Part shown: positions 10,351-19,353 of the stretch, piece by piece
How positions within the stretch are numbered: position 1 is the first letter of the stretch
How the letters are laid out: the number at the start of each line of letters is the position of its first letter
IMG/VR virus record: IMGVR_UViG_3300042196_000264
Source: an uncultured virus (IMG/VR IMGVR_UViG_3300042196_000264)
Taxonomy: Duplodnaviria; Heunggongvirae; Uroviricota; Caudoviricetes
Reading direction: 5' to 3' (one strand)
Length of the DNA stretch: 57,894 nt
Translations under genes and position numbers: made by a program
The notes under the pieces: generated by a model
What the model was told of the DNA's origin: nothing
The model's input: only the letters and a program-made list of their open reading frames with translations
Databases searched by the model: none

Positions 10351-11426
10351 TCCCTATCTCCATGCCAGATCTGTCTGGCAACGAAGAGTCCTACGTCGTG
10401 GCAGCCATGAGGAGTTCGTGGATCTCTTCCACGGGTGAGTTCATCGACCGGTTCGAGTCCGAGTTCGCTGAAGTGTGCGGGGCGAAGTACGCCCTCTCCG
10501 TCTGCAACGGGACCGTGGCCCTTCACCTGGCCATGCTCGCCCTGGACGTTCGCCCCGGAGACGAGGTCATCGTCCCAGGCCTGACCTACATCGCGGCTGC
10601 AAACGCCGTGCGCTACGTCGGTGCTGAGCCTGTGTTCGTGGACGTCGACCCGGAGACCTGGTGTCTGAACCCGTCCCTGATCGAAGAGAGCATCACCACG
10701 AGGACCAGGGGGATCGTCGCCGTCCACCTCTACGGTCACCCCGCCGACATGGACCGCATCAACCACATCGCAGCGATCCATGGACTCTGGGTCGTCGAAG
10801 ACGCGGCCGAGGCCCACTTCGCGCGCTACAAGGATCGTCCCGTCGGGGGGCTCGCTAGGATCGGGACGTTCTCGTTCTATGGGAACAAGATCATCACCTG
10901 CGGAGAAGGTGGTGCAGTTGTGGTCTCGGATCCGCAGCTGTACACGAGGATGAAGACGCTCAGGGGTCAGGGAGTGGATCCTGACCGCAGGTACTACCAT
11001 CCGGTCACGGGGTACAACTTCCGTCTCACGAACGTTGCCTGTGCGATCCTGTGTGCGCAACTCGAGCGCGCAGCCAGCCTCATCGCCGCGAGAAGAAGGG
11101 TATTCGAGAGCTACAGCCAGCGTCTCGAGGGGAAGGTCCAACTCCAGCCCAGGGCCTCATGGGCGCAACCAGCCCCTTGGCTCTTCTCCATGCTCGCCGG
11201 GAACAGAGACGCGGTCGCGGACCGTCTCCGTGGCGCTGGCGTTGAGACCCGACCGTTCTTCGTGTCCATGGAGACTCTGCCGCCCTTCCGCGAGTCCTCC
11301 CTGAAGCGCAGGGCCCATCTGATGGAGACGGGGCGCCTCTCCAGGAGCGGGCTGAACCTGCCGACCTACCCACAGCTGACCGAGGAAGAGATCGGCATGA
11401 TCTGTGATACGATCGTCTCCGGATGA
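10347..11426 (+). CDS. DegT/DnrJ/EryC1 PLP aminotransferase, GDP-perosamine synthase-like
   Basis: WISSTG, NGTVALHLA, VHLYGHP, VEDAAEA, FSFYGNKIITCGEGG, GYNFRLTN. ATG 10347 overlaps the upstream stop. Confidence 0.92.
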   Translation: MIPISMPDLSGNEESYVVAAMRSSWISSTGEFIDRFESEFAEVCGAKYALSVCNGTVALHLAMLALDVRPGDEVIVPGLTYIAAANAVRYVGAEPVFVDVDPETWCLNPSLIEESITTRTRGIVAVHLYGHPADMDRINHIAAIHGLWVVEDAAEAHFARYKDRPVGGLARIGTFSFYGNKIITCGEGGAVVVSDPQLYTRMKTLRGQGVDPDRRYYHPVTGYNFRLTNVACAILCAQLERAASLIAARRRVFESYSQRLEGKVQLQPRASWAQPAPWLFSMLAGNRDAVADRLRGAGVETRPFFVSMETLPPFRESSLKRRAHLMETGRLSRSGLNLPTYPQLTEEEIGMICDTIVSG

Positions 11427-12373
11427 GCGACGCAATCGCGGACGGGCACAACGCGATCATGGAAGCGGTTGGTCGTTGCCGACCGCCTGTCGTTGTGGTT
11501 GAGATGCTCAGGAACTTTGGGGACGTGCTTCACTCCACCATCGTCGTGAGGCACATCAGGAAGACTGAGAGTTCACGTGTTGTCTGGGCGATCTCGAGTC
11601 GTTACGTCGAGCAATTCATACACTTCCTGCACGACGAGCTCGGGCCTCATGAGATCGCCGGACTCCCTGACCTTCCTGCATACCCCAACGACGCATCCGG
11701 TCGGATTTCCTGGGTAGAGGAGGCCAGGAACATCCGTGGGGTTGAGAGAGCATTCGGATGTGGCGTGCACCCGTGGGGATGGAGGTCTGGGTCGATCGTC
11801 GATGCCGTACTCGAGAACGCGGGGGTGCGCTCTCTCGCTGTGGAGAGAACCCCGTGGCTTCCGCTAGGTGAAGAGGAGCGTTCGTGGGCGCGTGTGTTTC
11901 TCGCAGAAAGAGGGATCTCAAGGTTCATCGCCGTCGAGCACGAGGCTGAGTCTGTGACCGGCCTGACGGATGACTTGCTGAGGATGGTATCAAGAAGATC
12001 CAAGATCCCCATGCTCATCATCGGTGCAAAGTCGTCAAGGATGGTCCCTGGTTCTGTGGATGCGAGAGGGATCAGCTTCCTCCAGGCCAAGTCGCTGATC
12101 TGTACTTCGTCGCTATTCTTAGGCTGCGCAAGCGGTCTGAGCGTGACGGCGGCGTCCAACGGATGCCTGGTGCCCGTGGCCGAAGTGGCTGAGCCTTCGC
12201 TGTGCATGGACGCGATCGGATACCTTTCGCCTGGACGTAGCCACATCAAAGTTCGTGGCATGTCCGCGCGTGAGCAGTGTTCTGAGATCCTTGACATGAT
12301 CTGCGCGCCAGCGGCTCAGGCGATGAGAACGTCTCGTAGATCTGCGGTTCTCAGAAGGAGGCATCGTCGATGA
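11423..12373 (+). CDS. Putative GT9 (heptosyltransferase-like) glycosyltransferase
   Basis: RNFGDVLHST near the N-terminus; LIC..SLFLGCASGLS near the C-terminus. Confidence 0.65.
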   Translation: MSDAIADGHNAIMEAVGRCRPPVVVVEMLRNFGDVLHSTIVVRHIRKTESSRVVWAISSRYVEQFIHFLHDELGPHEIAGLPDLPAYPNDASGRISWVEEARNIRGVERAFGCGVHPWGWRSGSIVDAVLENAGVRSLAVERTPWLPLGEEERSWARVFLAERGISRFIAVEHEAESVTGLTDDLLRMVSRRSKIPMLIIGAKSSRMVPGSVDARGISFLQAKSLICTSSLFLGCASGLSVTAASNGCLVPVAEVAEPSLCMDAIGYLSPGRSHIKVRGMSAREQCSEILDMICAPAAQAMRTSRRSAVLRRRHRR

Positions 12374-13098
12374 AGTGCAAGTGCCCATGCTGCGGAGGTG
12401 AATCGCACGAGGCGTTCTCGAAGACCGTGTTCAGGAGGTACACGGCTTCGTACATGGAGTGCTCATCGTGCATGACACTTTGGGTGATGAATCCGGTGTG
12501 GCTCAGCGATTCCCACGTGGATTATGTGGGCGCGGACAAGTCAGATGGAGGTGCCACGTGGAGAAGCGCGATGGTGAAGGAGGCCTTGCTCGAATTCTTC
12601 TCTTCGAGACGTGGGCCGTGGCTCGACTACGGGTCTGGATCTGGTCACCTTTCCAGGATGCTTTCGTCATCCGGAGTTGAGATGCTCAACTACGATCCGT
12701 ACAGAGGAGTCGACCAGTCTGGTGAAGGAAAGTTCTCCGTGATCTCCTGCATCGAGACCGTCGAGCATGTCTCCAATCCAACGGCACTCATCTCTGAGAT
12801 CTCGAGGAGGCTTGACGACGATGGAGTGCTGGTCATGAGCACGTGCCTGAGAGTCACGGGAGTCCACGGTGAGGCATGGAGCTACCTCGCTCCGGAGTTC
12901 GGGCAACACGTCACGTTGATGACAGAGGCCGGCCTGGCCTCCGCAGCACGAGCAGCTGGGATGGTGGCTCTTGGGAGATTGGTGTGCTTGGAGAACGAAG
13001 AACTCCAACTCCATGTCCTAGCCATGGATCATGTCATTGTGAGGTTGTCTAACGCGGGGTCGTTCAGGTGGGAACCCTACTTGAACTCGATCCTGTAG
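12370..13098 (+). CDS. Class I SAM-dependent methyltransferase with N-terminal Zn-ribbon
   Basis: CPCC..CSSC, LDYGSGSG, IETVEHV.NP, WSYLAP..GQHV. Confidence 0.85.
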   Translation: MKCKCPCCGGESHEAFSKTVFRRYTASYMECSSCMTLWVMNPVWLSDSHVDYVGADKSDGGATWRSAMVKEALLEFFSSRRGPWLDYGSGSGHLSRMLSSSGVEMLNYDPYRGVDQSGEGKFSVISCIETVEHVSNPTALISEISRRLDDDGVLVMSTCLRVTGVHGEAWSYLAPEFGQHVTLMTEAGLASAARAAGMVALGRLVCLENEELQLHVLAMDHVIVRLSNAGSFRWEPYLNSIL

Positions 13099-13520
13099 AT
13101 CGAGTTGTCTCCTTCTCTCCGAACCCACTGATACCCAAGAGCTACGTACATCGAGAATGCGGCAATGTTCTCGTCGTGAACCTTGAGATCGACTCCTGGT
13201 CTGCCCCTCAACCGTACGGTGCAGTGTAGGACCTCCATCATGGTCATCCCAATACCCATGCGTCTCGAGCCCGGGTGCACAGCGATGCCAAGTCGTGGCA
13301 TCTCGTACTGCGGCGGCCATCCACGAAGTATCCCGTAGGCTAGGATTCGCCTGTCGACCATGACGTACGCGCACCAGGATTCCTCCATGGACACGCGGAG
13401 GACATGATCTGCATCGAACGGATGTGGCCTGAAGTGTTGACTCTTAGGGTCGGCTTCAATGTCGACGAAGAAAGCAGCAAGGGCTTCCCTGTGCGAAGGC
13501 TTGAGTTCAACGATCTCCAT
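13077..13520 (-). CDS. GNAT family N-acetyltransferase
   Basis: LGIAVHPGSRRMGIG (motif A), VHDENIAAFSMYVALGY. Confidence 0.88.
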   Translation of the reverse strand: MEIVELKPSHREALAAFFVDIEADPKSQHFRPHPFDADHVLRVSMEESWCAYVMVDRRILAYGILRGWPPQYEMPRLGIAVHPGSRRMGIGMTMMEVLHCTVRLRGRPGVDLKVHDENIAAFSMYVALGYQWVRREGDNSIYRIEFK

Positions 13521-13933
13521 CAGTACGTCTTGTGCTGCTCGGCAACGACGGCCGTGGTTTCACCGGACGTCACGGAGGCGAAGTGCTTGTCGATGGCGTC
13601 CATGAGGCGTGACCTCTGGACGTTGAGGTCACATGCTCGCGCGATGAGCTTTCGGAGTCCGTCGAGGTCTTCGGCGTAGACCTTGACGAACTCATCGTGC
13701 GGCATCCTGCGGATCGCGTAGAGCACCTCCTGGTTGTGCCACATCTTCAGGCTCACGGTGCACAGCTTGTCGACGAGGCTTCCGAGTGTGTCCATGGGTA
13801 CGGGCTCGTGTTTGTCGTCCAAGTCGAGACGTGTTGCAGATGTAGATAGCCTGGGGAGGATCTTCGTCTCCCATTCCATGCGATCCCCTGCGCATGGGAT
13901 GAGCCCGAGGGCGGTGGCGTCGAAGTCGTTCAT
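13520..13933 (-). CDS. DUF4254-like protein
   Basis: TLGSLVDKL...KMWHNQE...LNVQRSRLMDAID. Confidence 0.6.
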   Translation of the reverse strand: MNDFDATALGLIPCAGDRMEWETKILPRLSTSATRLDLDDKHEPVPMDTLGSLVDKLCTVSLKMWHNQEVLYAIRRMPHDEFVKVYAEDLDGLRKLIARACDLNVQRSRLMDAIDKHFASVTSGETTAVVAEQHKTY

Positions 13934-14670
13934 CGTACAACCTCTCTGAGACGATCGATCATGGCCGTTATGCTCGGTGCGTAGGTGATGTCGCGCTCGT
14001 CCCAGATCGGGCAACCTAGCGGATGACCTGCGACGATCCGCGGGAGACGACCGCGGTTTTTTGCGGTGAAGCTGGCCACGGTGACACTGCTCAGCCGCGA
14101 GATCATCGCGATGCAGTTACCGCTCAGAGCAGACAGCGAGAGAAGGTTGTGGTCGCTGCGGTCGACCATGTTCGGCATCCAGTGTGGGTCATCGAGCCTT
14201 CCGGACAGGTAGAACGTCATGGCGTGGAACTGCATCGCTATTGCTTTCAGCCATCCGTTGATGTCCTGCACCGGCTGTCCGGAGAGTACGGGTCCGTTCT
14301 CCACGAGGATGCCGGGGCGGTCGCGGTTCTCCACGATGGGCAGGTCAATGGGAGGAGCGTCGATGTGTGCGATCTCAGGCAAACCGAGTGGGCGGGCTTG
14401 GATGTTCCAGGACTCGACTTGTGTTTCATGTGTGAGTCCGTGGCGTCCCATGACGCCGTCGACATGACCGAACCACAGGTTGATCGCGTGTGGCTCTCCG
14501 GTCTCATCCCAGAAGGGGATCCCCAAGTCCATCCAGAGGTATCGGTAGCGCGGGGCGCAATCGAGCTCGACACGAACGGTGTCGCGCAGGAGCGGCCAGA
14601 CGCGCCTGATGATCTCGCGTGTCATGATGACGTCGCCAGCGTGAAACTTGTTCGTGAGTACGACGTGCAC
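13930..14670 (-). CDS. Hypothetical protein, possibly glycosyltransferase-related
   Basis: HAGDVIMTR N-terminal motif; located in the glycosylation cluster. Confidence 0.55.
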   Translation of the reverse strand: MHVVLTNKFHAGDVIMTREIIRRVWPLLRDTVRVELDCAPRYRYLWMDLGIPFWDETGEPHAINLWFGHVDGVMGRHGLTHETQVESWNIQARPLGLPEIAHIDAPPIDLPIVENRDRPGILVENGPVLSGQPVQDINGWLKAIAMQFHAMTFYLSGRLDDPHWMPNMVDRSDHNLLSLSALSGNCIAMISRLSSVTVASFTAKNRGRLPRIVAGHPLGCPIWDERDITYAPSITAMIDRLREVVR

Positions 14671-14725
14671 GGTTAGCCATCATGCCATGGTGAAAGGCGT
14701 ACGACGCGCGAGTCCTCGGTGCCGT

Positions 14726-15686
14726 CTTGGATCTTCGTGTGGGTAAGCCATGGTGTTTAAGCCCGTGCACGCAGCATAGCCTGGATCTTCGTGTGAAGAA
14801 GAAGCGTGATGAGACCACGCCCGGTGTCATCGCAAACGACCCGGAGCATCCATCCTGGATCTTCGTGTGAGGAAGTCATGTGCTGCGACTGGCGGACTTC
14901 AGGCAGGTGTGGACGGTAGCATGCGCCCTGGATCTTCGTGTGAGAAAGAAGTGTGCTGCAAGTCCGGGGGACCGAGTTGTTTGCCCGCCGGATTTGCCTG
15001 GATCTTCGTGTGAGGAATATGTGTGCTGCAAGGGGAAAGCATCGTCCACGAGTACAACCTGCTGATCCCTGGATCTTCGTGTGAGGAAGATGTGTGCTGC
15101 AAGTTGTCGCGGCTGCGACCCTCGGGGTCGCAGAAGGGGCCTGGATCTTCGTGTGAGGAAGAAGTGTGCTGCAAGGGTGTGGCCCATGAGCTTGGGATAC
15201 ATGCTGACCGTGGTCCTGGATCTTCGTGTGAGGAAGAAGTGTGCTGCGAGAGCGAACCCAACTACGCCCGTAGCGGACCGGTGCGGGCCTGGATCTTCGT
15301 GTGAGGAAGAAGTGTGCTGCAAGATCTTGCGGAACCGAGATCTGTGCGATGCCGTGTGTCCTGGATCTTTGTGTGAGGAAGATGTGTGCTGCAAGTCGAA
15401 CTCTGCATCGGGACCGCCAAAGAGATCCTTCCTGGATCTTCGTGTGAGGAAGATGTGTGCTGCAAGCTTGACCTGCTTCCCGCTGTTCGCCACCAGGCCC
15501 GGATTCCTGGATCTTCGTGTGAGGAAGATGTGTGCTGCAAGTGCGAGCGCCGGTTGTGCGCACGCGATACGACTCACTCCTGGATCTTCGTGTGAGGAAG
15601 ATGTGTGCTGCAAGCCGGCGCTCTGGGTATGCGTATTCCAGCCTGACGTGCCTGGATCTTCGTGTGAGGAAGATGTGTGCTGCAAG
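14726..15686 (-). CRISPR. Cas-less CRISPR array: 14 repeats of 36 bp (three distal ones degenerate), 13 spacers
   Basis: + strand consensus CCTGGATCTTCGTGTGAGGAAGATGTGTGCTGCAAG starts at 14726, 14780, 14854, 14927, 14997, 15068, 15140, 15215, 15288, 15360, 15431, 15506, 15579, 15651. Unique spacers are 34-39 bp (distal one 18 bp). Internal palindrome ATCTTC-N7-GAAGAT. Degeneracy increases leftward, so the leader is placed on the right. Confidence 0.96.
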
Positions 15687-15738
15687 GGGACCCCCTGTCG
15701 CTACGCTGGCATGGTGCTGGGACCGTCGGCACTTGCGC

Positions 15739-15768
15739 ATCATGGCACGCGGGGCTAGGGCGCGTCAA
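15739..15768 (-). promoter_or_regulatory. Putative sigma70-like promoter of the CRISPR leader
   Basis: Minus strand TTGACG-N18-CATGAT with an extended -10 TG, about 50 bp before the first repeat. Confidence 0.5.
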
Positions 15769-15800
15769 CGTCCGGTCTTGCGTGCTAGTGCAAAGGCTCG

Positions 15801-16559
15801 TCACTGGTCGTGGTCTCGATGCATGGATCCACGAAGGCTATCTTCGCCGCCGATATGAGCGAAGGCGCCAGGGTCGAGTTGGACAACCCGAAGTCCAAGT
15901 GCGTCGAAGTTCATCTGAGCACCGCGTTCACCGGCCACAGGAGTGGCGTCGCATCCGAAGATCCTTGGTACGTCCACGGCTCGTATCATGTTCGGATTGA
16001 AGGTGTAGTGGGCGTTTCCACTGATCCAGTGCTCGTTCGCACGGATCCATCCGATACGATTCCCCGTGATGCAGTGGTTGTTCATGACGGGTTCTGAGTA
16101 CCGTCGGAGGCGTACCTGCCCGACCCTGGGGTTGCCGAGGTAGTGAGCCGCCGCATGAACCCACTGGGAGTCTGCACAGCAATTCCAGTCGTCCTCGAGA
16201 TGAAGGATCCATGGCAGCCCGACTTCCTCCGCGATCGCAGCGGCCCTGACCATCAGCCCCGTGACCGCGGGTCCGATGGGTACCACCGCATTGGCTGCCC
16301 CATTCTTGGCGAGGTAGACCTTCCGGAAAGCATGCTGATTCAGGATCTCTTCGCTGTGTTCATCGCGACTGTTCAACATCGCTACACCAACGATGTCGAA
16401 GCCACGGTTGGCGGTGTGGTTTCGCAGTGACTCGAGTGTCCGCGCGAGGAGCTTCGGCCGACCTCCGCATAGAACGGCAAGCACGACTCCCTTGCACGGC
16501 GGAGGGTCAAGCAGGTCCGGCTTCCGCATGGCGGCGCGCAGTTGGCTGGCCGTCGTCAT
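15801..16559 (-). CDS. GT-A fold glycosyltransferase
   Basis: GRPKLLARTLESL, WILHLEDDW, YTFNP, FAHIG. Confidence 0.75.
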   Translation of the reverse strand: MTTASQLRAAMRKPDLLDPPPCKGVVLAVLCGGRPKLLARTLESLRNHTANRGFDIVGVAMLNSRDEHSEEILNQHAFRKVYLAKNGAANAVVPIGPAVTGLMVRAAAIAEEVGLPWILHLEDDWNCCADSQWVHAAAHYLGNPRVGQVRLRRYSEPVMNNHCITGNRIGWIRANEHWISGNAHYTFNPNMIRAVDVPRIFGCDATPVAGERGAQMNFDALGLRVVQLDPGAFAHIGGEDSLRGSMHRDHDQ

Positions 16560-18481
16560 TTCTCCGCCTCCTCGGTCCATGGCAAACCAATCTGCGCCGT
16601 TCTCTGTCGGATGAGAGTTCCGTAAGACTCGTTCAGTTCGCAACCTATCCACTTGCGTCCGAGGCTCTCGGCCACAGCACCCGTGGTCCCAGAGCCCATG
16701 AATGGGTCCAGCACGGCACTGCCGATCTTGGAGCCGGCGAGGATGCAGCGCTCGGCAAGTCTCGACGGCATCGTGGCAAAGTGTGCCCCGTTGTATGGCT
16801 GAGTGGCGATCGACCAGACTGATCTGGCGTTTCGTTTCTCGCGGGCCCCTACCTTCAGCAACCCACCCATCGTCCGATGGGTATCATCACCGCTTTCGTA
16901 TCTGTCCACACCTCGGTGAGTGATGTTTCCTGGTGCCTTGTTGGTTGCCTGTTCTGCGATCGCATCGGCGTCGTAGTAGTAGCGCTCCGATTTCGACAGC
17001 AAGAACACGTACTCGTGTGACTTCGTCGGACGATCCTCAACAGATTCTGGTTTAGGATTTGGCTTCGAGTTGTGGGTAAGAATGCCGGAGCTGAGTGCGA
17101 ATAGGTGCGGATCATCCTCGACACCAACGTCGTAGACTTGCCGGCAGCGCGCCTTTCGGATCTCAACGACCTCTTCGGCGTCCTTCTCGTTCCAGTGTCC
17201 CGACCGCTGAAACCGAATCTCGCCACGGAACGCTGGCCACTTCTTGCCGAAGCCGTCCGCCATTACCGGAGACAGGACCAAACGGAATCCGAGACGTGCG
17301 GACAGCACCCGGAGGTCGCGCTCGAGGTTGTAGTTCCGGGTGAACACGATCCGCCATCGTTCGTTCTTTGCGTCCCAATGCCCGTCGCCAGCGAGGTACC
17401 CGTCAAGATACGCGCGAAGGAAGTCGTTGCTGTATCGCCAGCACACCGTGGCGAGGCACTTGTCCTTGGCGGTCCGGCCAGACACCAACTCAGCGATGAT
17501 GGCAACAATCAACTTGCCGTACACCCGGATGTTCTGTTTGTTTCCGTCCGTCGTGTAGGTCGCCGTGCCTCCGTAGGACTGGGCGACACTCAACACCCGG
17601 TTGAGCCTGTCCGTCTCGCTGGCGTTGCCGGCGATCTGGATCGTGTCCTCGCTCATCGAACCTTCCGCCAAGTACAGGCCCGCTAGCCAGGCGGCGTCGT
17701 TACCAACGTGGGCCGGCGTCTTCGGCGCGTCTGGTTCCGGAAGGGTCACCCGCTGGAGCGTGTGGCCTACCTGGATCTCGTCAGCGCGGAGCAATCCGTG
17801 AGATGTCGGGAAGCGATGGTTAGGGGTGCAGGCGATCCGCTCGCCGCTGCGGAGTACGAGTTCCAATTCGTCCGCCTTCCGCGAGGTCCGCGACCAGCCG
17901 AGCACCTGCGTCCACTTTTGGCCGTTCCATAACTTCACCGTGGCCGGGTTCAGCCGAGCTACGTCTTTGACCGTGATCGGCATGTCTCCCTTCTGCGTCC
18001 GGGCGTAAACGACCGTTCCGCCCGACAGGCACCATATGATGTCACTGCGCAGGTACCAGCCGTCGTCTCGGAGTGCGAGCGCAACCTGCCATGGTATTCC
18101 GCAAATGTCCTTCGGCTTGAGTCCGGGTGCGATTTTGCTCGGGCTCTTGCTGTACACGCCGGCCCTTGCCACTTCTCGGTCCAGGAAGGCCGAATTCTTA
18201 CCCATGCCACCACCCGCCGAGCTCGCGTACGAGTCACCAAGATTGAGCCACACCGTTCCATCATCACGGAGGGCGCGGCGCACGAGCCGGAATACGTCGA
18301 CAAGGGATTCGACGTATTCCGAGGGTGTAGGCTCCATCCCGATCTGATCTGGATGTCCGTAATCACGGAGTTTCCAGTATGGTGGCGACGTCACGCAACA
18401 CTGGAACAGGGACTCCGGGAGTTCCTCGAGCGTTCGCCTGCAGTCGCCAATGAGCATTCGATTGAGAGAGAAGTCACCCAT
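16556..18481 (-). CDS. N4/N6 DNA methyltransferase (beta class) interrupted by an intein
   Basis: TSPPY, LKPKD, WYLRSDIIW|intein|SKPNP.PES.EDRPTKSHEY, HFATMP, VLDPFMGSGTTG. Confidence 0.93.
   Translation of the reverse strand: MGDFSLNRMLIGDCRRTLEELPESLFQCCVTSPPYWKLRDYGHPDQIGMEPTPSEYVESLVDVFRLVRRALRDDGTVWLNLGDSYASSAGGGMGKNSAFLDREVARAGVYSKSPSKIAPGLKPKDICGIPWQVALALRDDGWYLRSDIIWCLSGGTVVYARTQKGDMPITVKDVARLNPATVKLWNGQKWTQVLGWSRTSRKADELELVLRSGERIACTPNHRFPTSHGLLRADEIQVGHTLQRVTLPEPDAPKTPAHVGNDAAWLAGLYLAEGSMSEDTIQIAGNASETDRLNRVLSVAQSYGGTATYTTDGNKQNIRVYGKLIVAIIAELVSGRTAKDKCLATVCWRYSNDFLRAYLDGYLAGDGHWDAKNERWRIVFTRNYNLERDLRVLSARLGFRLVLSPVMADGFGKKWPAFRGEIRFQRSGHWNEKDAEEVVEIRKARCRQVYDVGVEDDPHLFALSSGILTHNSKPNPKPESVEDRPTKSHEYVFLLSKSERYYYDADAIAEQATNKAPGNITHRGVDRYESGDDTHRTMGGLLKVGAREKRNARSVWSIATQPYNGAHFATMPSRLAERCILAGSKIGSAVLDPFMGSGTTGAVAESLGRKWIGCELNESYGTLIRQRTAQIGLPWTEEAEK
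17069..18031 (-). mobile_element. Intein (321 aa) with LAGLIDADG homing endonuclease
   Basis: Starts CLSGGT; block B TPNHRF; motifs WLAGLYLAEGS and YLDGYLAGDG; block F VYDVGVE; ends ILTHN followed by Ser. Confidence 0.93.
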
Positions 18482-18492
18482 GCCCCATGGAC

Positions 18493-19353
18493 CTACTTCC
18501 TGCTGCTGCGGATCGATGCCCGAGCCCAGTTGGCGTTTCGCTTCATACCGCGGCGCACTTCGAGGCGTTTTGCGGCTGCCTGCTCTGGGGTGAGCGCGAA
18601 CTGTCTGGCCACCCCAGGGAAGTCCTGCGGGTAGCCGGTCTTCACCTTGTTGTTCGGCTTCGCGGGAACCTCCCAGAGACAGGCGTGCTTCGCGAGTGGA
18701 CTATGCGGGCTGTGGAAGAGCCGAGTGTCCTTCCCATGAACATAGAAGTCGATCGCAGACCCCACGTCGATGCAACTCGGCACCGTCCTGCCTGCGTCAG
18801 CCGCTGCCTTCCAGTACCTGTAGGCGATGATGCAGGCCACTGGACCTGCGGAGAGCAGGATCGGCTTGTCCTGGGCGAGAAGCTTCAGGACCAGCGCATC
18901 TACGTCGAAGCGTTCGTTCACGCCGTTCTGTGGCACCTGAACGTCGCCACGACCAGACGACACGACGACGACCTTCTTGCGATGGATCTGGTCCAGGAAA
19001 AGTCGCCGCGCCTTGCCGTAGTTGGCGTTCTGGAAGATCGTCGCGAACGTGCGCTGGTGAGGCGACGTCGTGACGTGCTTCGAGAAGAACTTCGTCGCCG
19101 GCTGAACGCAGCACGGCGGAGAAGTGGCTACGCCGTATCCTGGAAGAGCCGAACACAAGGCCTGGAGCAGTGGCTCTACGAGCCACGACTCCTTGCCTGG
19201 AGAGGCCTTCCAACCCGAGGCCATACGCTTCCGCTTACCCTCGAGCACCGCGTGTTCACCGTCATGAAATCGCGCGAGGGCGAACGGCTCGCCCTCCGTG
19301 ACCATCCTCGAAATTTCGGCGAAATCGAGGTCGAAGTGGCGCCTGAACCTCAC
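18493..19353 (-). CDS. GT-D fold (DUF1792-like) protein
   Basis: PFALARFHDGE, LLSAGP, IDVGSAID. Confidence 0.65.
   Translation of the reverse strand: MRFRRHFDLDFAEISRMVTEGEPFALARFHDGEHAVLEGKRKRMASGWKASPGKESWLVEPLLQALCSALPGYGVATSPPCCVQPATKFFSKHVTTSPHQRTFATIFQNANYGKARRLFLDQIHRKKVVVVSSGRGDVQVPQNGVNERFDVDALVLKLLAQDKPILLSAGPVACIIAYRYWKAAADAGRTVPSCIDVGSAIDFYVHGKDTRLFHSPHSPLAKHACLWEVPAKPNNKVKTGYPQDFPGVARQFALTPEQAAAKRLEVRRGMKRNANWARASIRSSRK

Noticed and set aside
14762..15578. Self-matches for the other 12 spacers
   Set aside because: No convincing nucleotide or peptide match found by eye in this window; a computational search is needed.
14757..15858. Long ORFs with repeated peptides (LAAHIFLTRRSR, PGSSCEEDVCC)
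   Set aside because: Translations of CRISPR repeats that lack stops; spacer lengths are not multiples of three, so frames shift.
13930..16559. Array-flanking genes as novel Cas effectors
   Set aside because: They carry glycosyltransferase-like motifs and no RuvC, HNH, HEPN or RAMP signatures; 13930-14670 still merits a structure check.
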